Assembly (NCBI RefSeq): GCF_009914755.1
Contig: NC_060929.1
DNA length: 64,000 nucleotides
Strand: one strand, 5' to 3'
Source: the human T2T-CHM13v2.0 reference genome, Homo sapiens
This document shows, piece by piece, positions 46,965 through 64,000 of this stretch; positions within the stretch are counted from its first letter, which is position 1; every line of letters begins with the position of its first letter. The position numbers and the translations under genes are program-made. Under the pieces are notes generated by a model, which was not told the DNA's origin, ran no database searches, and was given only the letters and a program-made list of their open reading frames with translations.

Positions 46965-49679
46965 CTGTCTGTGGGGAGCTCCCCACTGCTGCCTTGGGGA
47001 GGGGAGGAGAGACAACAGTCCTTGGCAATGCTCAGCACTCCCTAGCTCCAAGCCTTGAACAAACCATTTCACTTTCAAGGGCCTTGGCTTGCTCATGTGT
47101 GAAATGGACATGGTAGCAACACCAACGCTGGCTGGAGAAGAACGCAATAACACCATGTTTCCGTCCCTTTTACGTTTACTCGGATATCAGAGCTGGAAAG
47201 CATCCTTGGAACTCCTGTGCGCTCTCCCTTGCCAAATTTAGGATCCCCCAAAACGGAGAACTGCTTTCCACCTCAGAAGGTCCAGCTCTGACAGCCTTTC
47301 TTTCTCCTTCATCTCCTTCTCCTCCTTCTCTTCCTTCTCCTTTTTCTTTCTTCCTTCTTCTCTTTCTTGTTCCTGTTTTATTGATTCCCAAAACTATCAT
47401 TATTTGTCATTATTGGCTACTGCTTATTAAAGACACTGTACAGACATTGTGCCAAATGCTTTACAATCTTTATCTCATTTTATCCTCACAATAACCTTAC
47501 AGGATAGGAACTACTAATATTCCCATTTTATAGATGAATAAACTGATGCTCAGAGAGTTTGGGGGAGGCCCAGAGAACAGAGCCAGGAGGCTAATGAGGA
47601 AAACTGCAGAAGGCAGACCACAACTCCAAGGAAGAAAGGTCTTCCTCCCAGGCTGCCTGGGGAGGGAGGAAGACGCCCACTCCAGGATGAAAGCAGAGGC
47701 TGGATGACGAGATAGCAGAAGTTAAAGAGGAGCTTTTGCACAGAGCTCAGGGGAGGCACTGAACTTGGCAACTTCTCAAATCCCTTTCACCTCCAGACTC
47801 CAAGGGTCTCGACCTCAAAGCCCCAGCTGAGGAGAGACTCGCAGGAAAAGAAAGAGACTCTTGCAAACCCTCCCAAGTCAAACCGCCTGGTCGTCTCTCC
47901 TAGAGGCACAGCACATAGCAGGTACTAAATAAATATTAAATAAACAAATACATATGTCAATCCACTGCAGTCACAAAAATCTCTGCTATTGCTGTGAGAG
48001 CACCATCTGCTGGGAGTGGGCTAAGTTTCTCACCTAGAATATCTCGTTTCATTTCCTCTTCTCCCAAGCCCTTACCGGGTAGGTGCTATTCTTATCCCCG
48101 TTTTACAGCTGAGAAAGCTGAGACCCAGTCTGCCTGACTCCAAAGCTCTTAACCACTGTGCTAGCAGATATCAAGCCCCGCCCACAGATTCAATTAACCA
48201 TTCCAGCAGTCTTGGGTCTCCAGAAACAGCCAGCATACAGTGGGTGTTTAATAATACTTAATGAATCATTGAATTGATCCATGCATCAAACCTAGCCTAC
48301 TGAGGTAGACATATAACCCAACAAACAACGAAATCTCTGGTTCCATAAGAGTCCCCTAACCCAGTGCCTGGCACACAGTAGGCACTCAATAAATATTTGT
48401 GGAAAGAATGGCGCACTGGCCCCTAATGTAAGCTCCTCTGCACATAAATTTCAGCTCCAGGCACTTTGAAGTTCCCCCAGGGGACAGCTGCTTTTCCTGT
48501 TATCGATGCCCCCCCAGCCCCTCCTGGCCCCCTGGGCCCATCCAGGCCAGGGACCTGGGGCCGCCACAGCCAGGAGATAAGAATGATGGATGGCCAGCCT
48601 CCTGGCTCCACAGAAGCCTGGGGTTTCCTGGGAGCGGGAGACAGTCTAGTGATTCCAAAGCCCCTCGGAATTCGAGAGGAGAGAGCTCAAGGAGGGGGTG
48701 GAGGCAGCGGCAGAGGCATCCCTATCTCCTCAGAGATGCTGGACCCGACAGGAGGTTTCAGCACCCCCCCGGCTGCCTTGATCTCCTTCCATGTTGACAA
48801 GGCTTCCTTTCAGCATGTGCTGAACACCAGGACCCATCACTGGAGCTTCCAGTGGGAGAGGGGAAGATGGCACCCCCTCTCCCCTCCTCTCCTTTCCTCC
48901 TCCCAACTGCCAGAATCTGGAAGCAGGGCAGGCTTCCTTCCCAGTTTGTAATTCAGGCCCTGTCATTAATTGAGCCCTTGGCAAATTAAAAAGTCACAAT
49001 ATCTGAGCCTCAGTTTCCCCATTTGCAAAATAAGCACTGGGGGAGGTGTTCCCTTCCAGCTCTGCTGAGGCAGGATTCTAAGTAGCTAAGGAGGAAACCT
49101 GCTGTGTGGCTGAAAGTAGTGGCTGCTGCCTAGATGGGGAGGCCAGGCTTGCTCTTGGACTCAGGCAATAATAAACATGGGTTTGTTTAATTTAAAATCT
49201 CTGATCCCCAAACTGAGATGCTTCCTAACTTTGGGTAGAACCTGACCATGTTAGATTTTGAAGGACTCCAAGAAATTGAAACCTATTATTTTTGTCCTTC
49301 CCTTCTCTCTGGACCTAAGTTTATTTTAAATTTTTAAAAAAATTATTTTAACTGCCAACAATACTTGAATGTGTCTTCCTTATTTTAAAAAAAAAACATG
49401 CTGATGAAGTTAAAATGCTCTAGACAAGTCTCATCCTAATCTATTCCCCTCTCTTTCCAAAGGTCACACCATCATTTGGGGATGTATCCCCAACACTTCC
49501 ACAGCACCTCTTCATATGCCTGTCTACCCAGAGACTGACACACACAGACTTGTCCTGTAGGAAATGGGATTTTATTAAAGGAGTCATCTCACACTGGGTG
49601 TGGCACCTTCCTTCCACCACTCACTCCTGGGGCCTGGAGACCCACCCATGCTGGGACACCGGGATCTGTCACCTTTCAC

Positions 49680-50215
<536 letters not shown>

Positions 50216-50779
50216 TACCTTTTCACCAACACAAACACAAGTGTCCCTGAATATGCCTCTCTGTGTTCATTTTTGAGGAGCTATAACATGTGGGGGCTCC
50301 CCTAGGGCCCCAAAGGGCATTGTTTGAAATCCTCTGGTTAGGCCAAAGCCTTCATTTCACAGGTGAGCACAGGGAGACCAGGTTGGGCAAACATCTTGCC
50401 CCAAGGTCACCTAGCACATCAGGGACTGAATGAATGGAACTTTGGGGTTACTGTGAATTTCTCTTCCTTCACTCTCTTAGTGCTTACACTTTCTCTCTCC
50501 CACCACCCTACTCCACCCCAAAACTCCAGCCTATGTACCTCAGGAGGGGTGACTTTAGGGGCAGAAGTCTCATTCACTCACATAGAGAAGGAAGCTCCTA
50601 CAGCATCAGGTGTCCAGGGTTTTAATCCCAGTGCCAAAGCATTTCTTTTCCTCCCTGAGCTTCCATTTCCCTAACCTGTAAAATTGGCCTAATGATGCTT
50701 GCCTAACTCTTGAAGTGAGGACAAGAAAGAGTTTGTAAAATGGAGAACAGGGATAAAAATCTAAGAGAGGGCTAGTTCA

Positions 50780-51388
<609 letters not shown>

Positions 51389-51585
51389 TTCAGGTTAAAA
51401 GATAAGGTATGTTTCTACCTTTATAAAAAGGAAAAAATGTGTGTGTATATATATACATAAACATACAATTATATACATAAAATTATATATAATTTACATA
51501 ATTATATAATTTATATTTGAATGTTTGTATAAGTACAGAAAAAGTGATAGCAGTTACCAACTGCAGAGGAAGAAAGGGAAGGCTA

Positions 51586-51905
51586 TTTTCTTTCTTTCTT
51601 TTTTTATTTTATTTTATATTTGAGACGGAGTCTCATTCTGTCACCCAGGCTGGAGTGCAATGGTGTGATCTCGGCTCACTGCAAACTCTGCTCCCAGGTT
51701 CAAGCAATTCTCCCTGCCTCAGCCTCCTGAGTAGCTGGGATTATAGGTGCCTGCCACCACACCTGACTAATTTTTGTATTTTTTAGTAGAGATGGGGTTT
51801 CGCCACATTGACCAGGCTGGCCTTGAACTCCTGACCTCAGGTGATCCACCTTCCTCGACCTCCCAGAGTGCTGGGATTACAGGCGTGAGCCACCTCGCCC
51901 AGCCC
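51586..51905 (-). mobile_element. AluS
   Basis: TSD GGAAGGCTATTTTCT. Confidence 0.94.
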
Positions 51906-53053
51906 CAGGAAGGCTATTTTCTAAGTTTTCTTGTTACATTCGCTTTTGTTTGCTTTGGTGCAAGCTTGACAAAACAAAAGACATATTTATATATTAAGTA
52001 TGTAACCTCAAAAACTCAAAAGTAACAAGACGAATACTGCTCTAGAAAAAAAAAAGCAAAGGCCACAAATAATCCATTTACAGAAGTAAAAATACAAATA
52101 GTGAAACAAAAAAAATAGTTAAATCTTAGAAGGATCAAATAGAAGCAAATTAAAAAAATAAAATTATCTTTTGCCTATCAAATTGTAAGAAGTGATATTA
52201 AAGGCCAGTGTTTTCACTTTGGGTACTGGTGATGGAGATTAGCTGGAAGGTGGGGACCCCGCGCCCCTCACAGTGATGACATGTCCTTCCTGTGCTGCCC
52301 CCCAGCACTCTGATAGAGCCATCTCGAGGCCAAGGAGAGATGACAGGTCAGTCTCCGTTTCCCTCGGCTTCCACCTCCTTCCCATTATAGAGACCAACTG
52401 TGGCGTCCTCTGGCCCGCTGCCCCAGCCAGAAACACTCTACCCTCATCAGACCTAAATCCCCCTTCCTCTGATAAAAGAGTCCTGTATCCTGTGACACAA
52501 CCAGAAATGATTGGTAAGGTGCCTGGTACATGAAGACCATCCCCAGAGGAATCCTTCCCAAAGGAATTGCTAGATTCAGAACAGAGAATCCAGTCGCGGG
52601 GTCAGAGGTCATCTCTGTTAAGCCTCTGCCTCTAGGCAAAACTACCCCCAACGGTTTTATTTTGGTAGGTTTTTATGAAAATACAATAGCACACTAGGAA
52701 AAGCCATTAGCAGTCATCTGGCCCCATAAGTTTATTTTATATAAGGGGAAACAGGAATAGGACGGCTATGAGAAACCCAAATCACACAGATGAAGCTGCA
52801 TTTAGAAGCAAGGTCCCTTGACTCCCAGTCCAGTGCTCTTTCTGCTCAGACTCATTGAGACCACATCTTTTTTTGTTCGATAGGTCTGTTCCCTTAATCC
52901 CTGTGTATCAAAATCTATCTCCTTGGTTATGGCTAAAAATCTTGCTTGTCCATTTGGGGAAGGAAGAGTTCCTGAGGTTTTATACATTCATAGTGTAGAT
53001 CATATATTTAAAAGGAGAAAAGATATAGTTCTGATACAGTAATAATAAATAGC

Positions 53054-53636
53054 TTTTTTTTTTCAAACAGGATCTTGCTTTGTTGCCCAGGCTGAAGTGC
53101 AGGGGCTCAATCATAGCTTACTGCAGCCTCAACCTGCCAGGCTCTAGCAATACTCCTGTCCTCCTGCCTCAGCCTCTCAAGTAGCTGGGGTGACAGATGC
53201 TTGCCACCACATCTTATTTTTTTTTTTTTTTAATTTTTAGTAGAGATGAGGTCTCACTATTTTTCCCCGGCTGGTCTCAAACTCCTGGGCTCAAACAATC
53301 CTCCTGCCTCAACTTCCCAAAGTGCTGGGATAACAGGCATGAACCACCACATCCGGCATAAATAGCATTAGTTTAAAAACAGTAAATATCTGAGAAACCA
53401 AGACAGGAGGATCACTTGAGGCCAGGAGTTTGATATCAGCCTGGGCGACGTAGCGAAACTGACTCTACAAAAGAAAAATAAATAAAAACCAAAACCTGGC
53501 GTGGTGGCCCATGCTTATAGTCCCAGCTACTTGTGAGGCTGAGGCAGGAGGATCGCTTGAGTCCAGGAGTTTGAGGTTACAGCGAGCTATAACTGCACCC
53601 CAGCCTGGGCAACAGAGCGAGACTCTGCCTCAAAAC

Positions 53637-53666
<30 letters not shown>
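53054..53666. mobile_element. Head-to-head AluJ pair (53054-53357 minus; 53393-53666 plus)
   Basis: Opposite orientations about 35 bp apart. Confidence 0.88.
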
Positions 53667-53667
<1 letters not shown>

Positions 53668-54027
53668 GTAAGTATCAATCAAGAAGTAATAAAATTAAAA
53701 ATCATTTAAAATAATAAAAAATTGTTAAATAAAAAATAAAATTCCCCTGATTCTATCATAGCATACAAATGCAAAACCCAGGGGTCTATTAACATGCTTG
53801 GCACACTGCCTTTGTGTTTATTTCACCTGGCACATCCCCTTGACCAAGATCTGCTTAGAGGGAGACGAAGGAAGCGGGAAAGACACACCAGGCAGGAATG
53901 GAATCTCTATGTATCCCAGGAGTCATTCTGAATACTTACCTACCTCCTGCCTGAAAATGTGTCTTAGTGTTAAGCAGATACTATTTTAAAATTCTTAAGA
54001 AAAGGCTATAAAATGGTGATTAAAAGT

Positions 54028-54249
54028 AGGCGTAGGCAAATGTTTTTGGTAAATAGCCAGAGAGCAAATATTTCCAACTTTGTGAGTCCCAGCGTCTGTT
54101 TGCAGTGAGTCAGCTCTACTATTCTAGTTCAAAAGCAGTCAGGGACAATACATAAACAAATGAGCATGGCTGTTTTCAATAAAACTTTATTCACAAAAAT
54201 AAGCTGTGGGTAGGATTTGGCCCACAGGCAATAATTTACCAACTCCTGG
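54028..54249. mobile_element. MER58A hAT-Charlie element
   Basis: GGCAAATGTTTTTGGTAAATAGCCAG..CAATAAAACTTTATT..GATTTGGCCCACAGG..AACTCCTG. Confidence 0.8.
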
Positions 54250-54487
54250 TTAAGAGTATGGGCTTGGGACTCAGACTTGAATTGAAATTCCAGTTCTTCA
54301 CTTGTGAGACCCTGAGCAACTGGTATAATCATTCGAGACTAGGATGCAGCTCATTGTACCTGGTTATAGAGCAGCTAGCTACTCAGTGGGACATCACTCA
54401 GTTCAGGCACGTTGTAAGTGCTCAGTAAGTGGGATTAGACAGATAAGCTACATCCCCCTTGGATAAAGGAGACCTGGGTTCTGGTTC

Positions 54488-54785
<298 letters not shown>

Positions 54786-55130
54786 TGTGTTCTGATTCTA
54801 AATCGATTGTGGCTACCAGCCATTTAACCTTGGGCAGGTAGGACGCATAACAACTCCAAAACTCTGTTTCCTCCCCCTGTAAAATGGGAAGAGAAACTCT
54901 TTTGTTGCCAGGACCTTTATATACATCATCTTACTTAACTCTCACAACAGAATCTTCTAGTTGTTTCTATCCCCGTTTACAGAAGAGGAAACTAAGTCAC
55001 AGAGAGGTGAAGGGTTATTTAGCTAGCAAGTGGTGAAAACCAGAAATTTAAACAGGGACTTTTTGCCTTCAAAATTTATGATCTTTCCTTCCACTCAGTC
55101 ATGTTGCCTCCCTAGAAAATGAGAAGAGCT

Positions 55131-55642
<512 letters not shown>

Positions 55643-57808
55643 CTAAAGTACTCCAGTCCGTACAGCCATAAATTCCTGCATATCTATCTGGTATGTGAAA
55701 TCCTCCCAACATCCCTGCACAGCCTCTACTTCCACACTCTGGAGAGATGGGCAGCACTGACTGCGATTACGTCTTGGATTGAATAGATCTCTGCCCTGTC
55801 ACTTCCACCCACGAATCCAAATGCTATTTGAGGACCCCTCCCAACCCTTTATCATCCTTATTGCACCTCCACCCAAGGGACACAGCATGGAGCCCCCCGC
55901 CCTTCCTGCTGCCCCACCCGGGGACTGTCTCGGTGTGTCTATAGTCCTGGAAGACTGTGGCGCCCAAAGCTGCGTTCCTGCCCAGCGGGCTTAGATGTCG
56001 CAAGGGTGAGTCAGCTCATGCCCATGATAACATCTGCACAGCCCGCCTGGGAGGCAGGTGCTTCTTGAATTGGAGGGATGGGTTTGGGACACAGAGGGGC
56101 CTATTCTGTCCCTGCTGAGCCTGCCCCTCAGGCAAGGAGTAGGGGTTGGGAGAACAACAGGAAGAAAGGCCCCCCAGCTCTCTGAGAACCTCCCAAGAAA
56201 GGAGTCTCTCCCTCTGACTCCAAGAAACCTCGTCTTTAGGAACCTGTCTGGAGAAGTGGGATACGAAGTACTGGCCAGGAAGGGAACAAGGTCCTTGTGG
56301 AAATGAGCTCTGTGTTTTCTGAGGCTGAGAGGCTGGGAAGGTCAGATGACACCAGTGTGATCATTCAGAAGGCACTAGATCTTCCCAGCTGCTGGCAGGG
56401 GCATGGGGATGGAGCCAGGATACCTGGGTTCCATTCCCAATTCTGTTGAAAAACTCCTGTGATACTGAACCAATCCTGTCTCCTCTCTGGGCCTTAGTCT
56501 TTCCATCTGCGGGATGACTGTGTGGGGCTCCTTCAGCCCCTCAGAGGGAGGGTATGGCAGAGTGGCAGGAGCTCGGAGCTCTGGTCAGACAGCCCTGCAT
56601 ATGAATCCAGCGCTGCCTCTTCCTAGCTGTTTGTGCACAAGTTACTTAACTCCCTGAACCCTGGTTTTCTCTTCTATAAAATGAGATAATGAGTAAGTGT
56701 TTCATGTGCCTGGTTCTAGTTGGTGCTCAATAAACAGTGCTTGGTCTGGTGGCTATCTAAGGGTTCACCCACCTCAACATCCCTATGAGAGACAGTGGGA
56801 GAGATTAGGTACGCGAGTGGGGTGGGGTGGCTGGTAAGACCCCGAATGACCCCCAGGGCCAGTTTTGAGGGCACTGGAACTCCAGCTGCCTCTGCTCTCT
56901 GTGCACTTCCTGCATGCTCCTCCATCCCTATCTGTCCCCTCTCAGGATCTCTCCCCAGTCCAGATGCCTTTTGTGCTCCATCGATTCAGTCCTGTTCACC
57001 CCCTTAGGGCTCTGCTCCTGCCATCTCCCCTTGAGCCCTCTCTAACCTCTTCTACTTCTGCCATCCTACAGCCTCTCTTTCGGAAACATATGCTTGGTGA
57101 CAGCCACCTTATATTTTGTATTATCTGGTGGGTAAAGCTGAGCTGCAGGCTGGGCCAATTTACCCATTAGGCACAGTATCAAGGCCCACAATACATTTAG
57201 TAGTCCATAAAAATGGTTTAATGTTCATATCTTTTTAAATCGGAAGAGAAAAAGGAATATAATAAGAATTAATATATAGCAATGAATCCAACGTGGATTC
57301 ACAACACAGTGGCAAATATTTTAAAATACTTTCTAATTGAAGAAGGGACACATGAAGGCAAAGTGTCCAAGACCCATGAAAGTCACAATGTGGCCCCGAC
57401 AACAGGGTTGTATCTGTGCCCTGCTGCACCCCCAGGTCTGGCACAAGTCTCTGCCCAGTACTGCTAGACCATATGCTCCATGGAGGCAGGGAAGGGTCAT
57501 CCTGCTCATCACCATACCCCCAGTGCCTAGCACATAGTAGGGGCTTGAAAAACCTATGTATGTCAAAGGAAAGGCAGTCAGAAGGCCTGTGTGTGGGTGC
57601 CTGTAACATGCAGACAGGCGTTTCTCCTGTGGATCTTTGTTTCTGTCTTCAGAACATGCCTAAGCAGAATGAAACTGAGTGCTTAGAATGATATACTCTT
57701 GGAAAGTGGGAGTTGGAAGAGATCATTCATTCATCCCACAAACGTTTCTTAAACACCTATCAGCTGTGGTCAAGGGCTCTTACAGAAAGTCCTTAAAAGG
57801 ACTTCAAA

Positions 57809-58716
<908 letters not shown>

Positions 58717-59003
58717 GAGGACTTCAAGGGTTCCAAGAACCCCTGAATGTGTAAGTAAAACTTGGAATCTGCACATGTAACCTGCATTTTCTAGAGAGAT
58801 ATTCTGACATCAGATTGCCAAAGGCCAATGTCTGCAGAATGTTAAAAGCTATCAGTTAGAACCCTCTACCCAACAGGCTGTTTTTACAGTTTCAGAAAAA
58901 CTGAGGCCCAGAATAGGGAAATGACTTGTTCAAGGTGGCACAACTAGTCAAAAGCAGCAGCAGCCTCCCCACATCTTGACATCCTCAAGAAAGGACTCCT
59001 CCT

Positions 59004-59336
59004 GGCCGGGCGCAGTGGCTCACAACTGTAATCCCAGCACTTTAGGAGGCTGAGCCGGGCAGATCACAAGGTCGGGAGATCAAGACCATCCTGGCCAACA
59101 CGGTGAAACCCCATCTCTACTAAAAATATAAAAATTAGCTGGGCATGGTGGTGCGTGCCTGTAATCACAGCTACTCGGGAGGCTGAGGCAAGAGAATCAC
59201 TTGAACCAGGGAGTTGGAGAAAGAAAGAAAGTTAGAAAGAAGGAAAGAAGAAAGAAAGAAGGAAAGAAAGAAGGAAGGAAGGAAGGAGAGAGAGAGAGAG
59301 AAAGAAAAAGAAAGAAAGAAAGAAGGAAAAGAAAGG
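59004..59336 (+). mobile_element. AluSc-like element lacking its last ~75 nt, with a (GAAA/GGAA/GA)n tail
   Basis: TSD AAGAAAGGACTCCTCC at 58987-59002 and about 59329-59344. Confidence 0.88.
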
Positions 59337-60799
59337 ACTCCTCCATTCATTGGCAGGGAGTGGCTGGAGAAGGGCCAGAAACCAAGGAGATTCTGTGGGT
59401 CTCTGGATTCCAAGGAGCCTCTCCTCTGAACCCCTGACTTCCTCACCTCCCCCCCCAACACACACACACACACACACAGACGCCTTTCTGAACATCCCCC
59501 AGGTTCCACCATTGGAGGCCTGGTGTTGGTTCAAGTCAAGTGGAGATAACCTCTCCCAGGGATGTGTAAACATCCAGTGGGCGTCCGGGGCAGAAGAATG
59601 TGGAAATGGAATTTTTTTTCCCTCTGAGGGCTGCACATCTTCTGCCAGACTGTGTCAAATTTGCAGTGGCCTGAGATCCTTGGGGTCCCCATCTGTGTGT
59701 GCCCTGATGCTTTCTCACTGTGGATGACATCTCCAGCCTTAACAAAAAAGGCTTCTCAAATGGCTGCGACCCCACTCTCTCTCAGCACACGCCTTTTCCT
59801 GAGCCACACGCCTTCTGTGGCTTGCAGCCAGGGGTTGCCAGCTGGGGCTGGCCCTTCCTTCAGAAGGGTGTTAAAAGGGGTCGGGAGATTTTATGTGGAG
59901 ACAAGTGGTTTGAATTTAGGGGGAGGACACAGGGGAGCTCATTAGAAAGCCCAGTTGTGGTAAAGAGATATTTGTTTTATCCTACTTTTTAGGAAACCAG
60001 ATCTTAGAAAAATAGCACCAAGCTTGAAATGAAGCAACACCTTTTTTTCTCCCTCAGCTACAATTTGTTTTCAGGTTTAAAAGAAAAAAAGCACCTCTTT
60101 TTTCAAAAATTTGGCCCAAAGAATCAAGCAGAAATGCACTAAAGTTCCATTCAAAACAGAAAACGCGACAGTTGATCCTCCCGGCCACTCCTAGGGTTGT
60201 GGGTTTGCACATCCACCCTATGTGCCCTCAGCCTTGAGTAGGTGAAAGGGAGGTAGACACCGAGTGGCGTAGAGGGTTGGTAGACCCGGGCTGTCCACCC
60301 AGCACTCAAAACACGGCGTTGTTAGCTGTTGCCAATGTTTGGAAAGAGAAAAAAAAAATGAATCCCACCCCCTATCTTTATTCTTCTTGCTATTTGCCCA
60401 TTCTACTTAATCTAGAAGTACCAAGATGATTTCCGGATATGTTTGAAGTGGCCTGGAATTCACTTTTGGAATCAGAGACTGTGTCACTGAATTACACAAA
60501 ACTCTTGCGCGGCTAGCGTGCATGAGCATGTGTGCACACACACACACACACACTCTCAGTGCTGCACAAATGCCACCTTCCTCACATGGCCCTCTCCTCA
60601 GCCCTCCATACAGACTCTGCTTCTCTTCCTCGGGGCTTGCAAAGAGCTTGGCAGGTTCCTCTTTGCTGGAGCTGATTATGCTAGACCTCACATCAGAACC
60701 ACTTGTGCAAATGAAAATCCCCTCCAATCATCAGGAGAAAATTCAAAGGCTCCTTCACATGGACAACAAAGAATAATAGCATTAAAATGTCTTCGAGTT

Positions 60800-61113
<314 letters not shown>

Positions 61114-62399
61114 TTATAGAACCTCTTCACAGGGCTATTGTGAGAATTAAGTGCTGTAGCTTGGCCCAGAATACAGTGAGCAGTCATCGCAAATATTATA
61201 AGTATTTGCTGCAATGCATTATGGCAGGAAAGGAAATGCTTAAGGCTGTCACTTTTCAGCCAAGCTCCTTCCTTTCCTGTAACAAAATTAAGAGAGTAAC
61301 ATATTGGGAGCCCTTGAGTCTGTGTGCCCAGTGACACACCTTTGGGGACCAACCAAGCAGCCAAGGACCATACATAAAACACGGAAATTGAAGTGATCAT
61401 TATTCAGTTGTGAATTCAAGTAACATTTGATAGTTGTTATGTTATTAATTTCATGGTTGGATCCTAAGTCATTAACCTGTGTAGTTGTTGACTCCAAGCT
61501 GGAAAATATCTCAGAAGCTCAACTTCCCACCTTCTTCAGTCATCTCCCTAATGGATGGCCATTCAGCTTTCTAAACCCTTCCACCATCGACACCCAGAGG
61601 AGTGAGAAGGTACATTCTGGTGTTGAGCTGAAATCTGTCTTCCTGCAACACCCACCCACTGGCGACCCACTTTTGTCCCTCAGGACTCCTCAAGTCTGCT
61701 GCTCCTCATCAGCGAGGAGCCTTGAGTTCTGTGGAAACAGCTCTCCTGTCCCCACCTCCCAAACTGCAAGTCTTTTAAGGCCTGAAGTGAAAAATGTTAG
61801 AAAAGGAAAGGAAACTCTCCCTTATCATTGTAGTTCAGGTGAACTCCCAGGAGACGTGTGAATCCTATGTTTTTATTTGGCAAAAATAGCCTGAGTTGTC
61901 CCCAAGACCTGAGTCTGTAGGCTCAAGTGTCATGTCTCTCTGCGCCTGTGGAAAGATGGAGTCATCCATGTCTCCTCTCCCTTTTGGCCAGTTCTCCCAA
62001 GGCATGTCCAGATGAGAGAAATCCCCATCTCAAAGAAGGGATGAGGAAAGGATCCAAATGGGGTCAGGAGGACTGGGTTCCCCACGGGCAAGCTGTGACC
62101 TTAGGAAAGCACCTCCCTATGACTCAGTTTCCCCATTTCTTTAAAGGACTGAGTGATTCCTGAGGGCCTTTCTAGAGATAAAGTTAGGACAATGAAAAGG
62201 GCTGTGGTGCCTCTGGGCATAGGTGTGTGATGCTGGGTTTCCATGGCAACCATGTTCTCCATCTCTGATGTTCTCCTACATCCGAGGGGAGTTGCTGCTG
62301 CTCCTCCTGCCTGGATGGTTTTCCCTTGCTTTTCATAAGACTGACTCCTCTCCTCCACCAGGCCTGAAGGTCTTTCATGGCCACCTCCAAACAACCTGG

Positions 62400-62640
62400 T
62401 CTCTCCTGCACCCTACTGCTTTCCTCCCAGCGCTGGTGGCCTTCAGAGACTATCTTATTTCATTTGATGTGTTTGTAACATCTGTTCCCACTGGTAGGCA
62501 CCCCATGAGGACAGGAGCCCTGTCTGCCTTATTTAGGGTGCTGCATCCCTTGCCCCCAGTGTGGGGTCTGGCATGTGGTAGGCATTCAATGCATGTTGAA
62601 TAAATAAACAAACGAATGAATGAATAAATGAATGAGTCAA
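62400..62640 (+). mobile_element. L2 3' end
   Basis: CCATGAGGACAGG..TGGTAGGCATTCAATGCATGTTGAATAAATAAACAAACGAATGAATG. Confidence 0.75.
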
Positions 62641-63309
62641 TGGACCTGGCTGGTGGTTTCCTGTGGGCCATGTCCCTCCCACCAGCCACTTCTTTCTCTT
62701 CCTTGCCTCTCTGCCTCCCTTCTCCCCTCCCCCTCCCCCTCCTTTGTCCAAATCTGTCATTTTTATTCCAGCTGTTTTATACCAGGTGTTTTACTCCTGT
62801 TCTCTCTCCTCCTCTCTACCTGTCTGCTTCACATGCTCCCTTCAAGGTCAGTGTGTGCCCCGTCATCAGCACCTCCCTGAAGCCTGGAAGGATAGGTTCA
62901 GACCACAGGGCCCTCTTCCCCTTCAAACATCTAAGCCCCTCATTCACCTGGTGCCCTGCCATTCACTGCAGACTTCTCCGAATGGTTTCCTGGCCACAGT
63001 CTCTGGAAGGGGCAGAGCAGACACACATAAAATGTGCCACTTCTGGCATACAGTGGTGCTAGGCCCAAGTTACTGACAGGTAGCTGTAGATCGAAGTCTT
63101 CAACACTAAATTAGTGCAGTCTAAATACACTAAACCAGTGAGTAGGGAGGTGCACGCCAGTCCCCAATCCCAGGCCATTGGGCTTCCCTGCACTCCATCA
63201 ACTCCGATTTGCTGTTTTTAGCTTTTCTCATGAAACCTATCTATTCAAACATAAACCAAAAGGAATAATACGATGGACAGCTACATGCCCATTTCATGGC
63301 CTGGTATAA

Positions 63310-63756
<447 letters not shown>

Positions 63757-63967
63757 TGAAGTTTACAAATTTATTTTCTCTCTTCCCATTTATCCTCATC
63801 ACTCACTCCCATACTCACATGGGACACACACACATACAACACAACACATACACACACAACACACACATATACAAAAGCAAGTGTTATATTGGCTTAATGT
63901 ACACCTTTTAAAACTAAAATACGCATCATCATTTTGTGTATGTCTGTATGTGTGTGTGTGTGTTTAC

Positions 63968-64000
63968 TTTTTTTTTGAGATGGAGTTTCAGTCTTGTTGC
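63968..64000 (-). mobile_element. 3' end of an Alu cut by the window edge
   Basis: TTTTTGAGATGGAGTTTCAGTCTTGTTGC. Confidence 0.8.

Noticed and set aside
48466-48951. 161-aa Pro/Gly-rich ORF
   Set aside because: TTG start, no recognisable domain, consistent with chance in GC-rich DNA.
53932-53941. ATACTTACCT, the U1 snRNA 5' end or a perfect minus-strand donor
   Set aside because: Only 10 nt, no further U1 similarity and no supportable partner acceptor.
63104-63140. CACTAAATTAGTG / CACTAAACCAGTG pair
   Set aside because: Too short to distinguish from chance.

Overview
Human genomic DNA (a consensus-like AluYb9 is present, and that subfamily is human-specific). It is Alu-dense and intergenic or intronic, with no intact protein-coding gene, CpG island, RNA gene or CRISPR array that I can support. 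Almost all ORF-track entries are translated Alu, L1, LTR or microsatellite sequence. The gene-derived pieces are a disabled processed pseudogene of CIR1 (30754-32503, minus) and an unidentified ~470-nt polyadenylated retrocopy (12229-12699) inserted in a MIR. About 18.5-35.8 kb is a deeply nested stack of retroelements. I see no novel coding system. The unusual signal is in the junctions: several short insertions apparently copied from DNA 0.7-2 kb away, a retrocopy with a fold-back 5' end that includes its own target site, two twin-primed L1s, two short L1 3' transductions, repeated re-use of the same endonuclease sites, an RFC1-like compound pentanucleotide Alu tail, and three repeat-free motif clusters that look like developmental enhancers. 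Repeat subfamily names come from recalled consensus motifs and coordinates are approximate unless TSDs are given.
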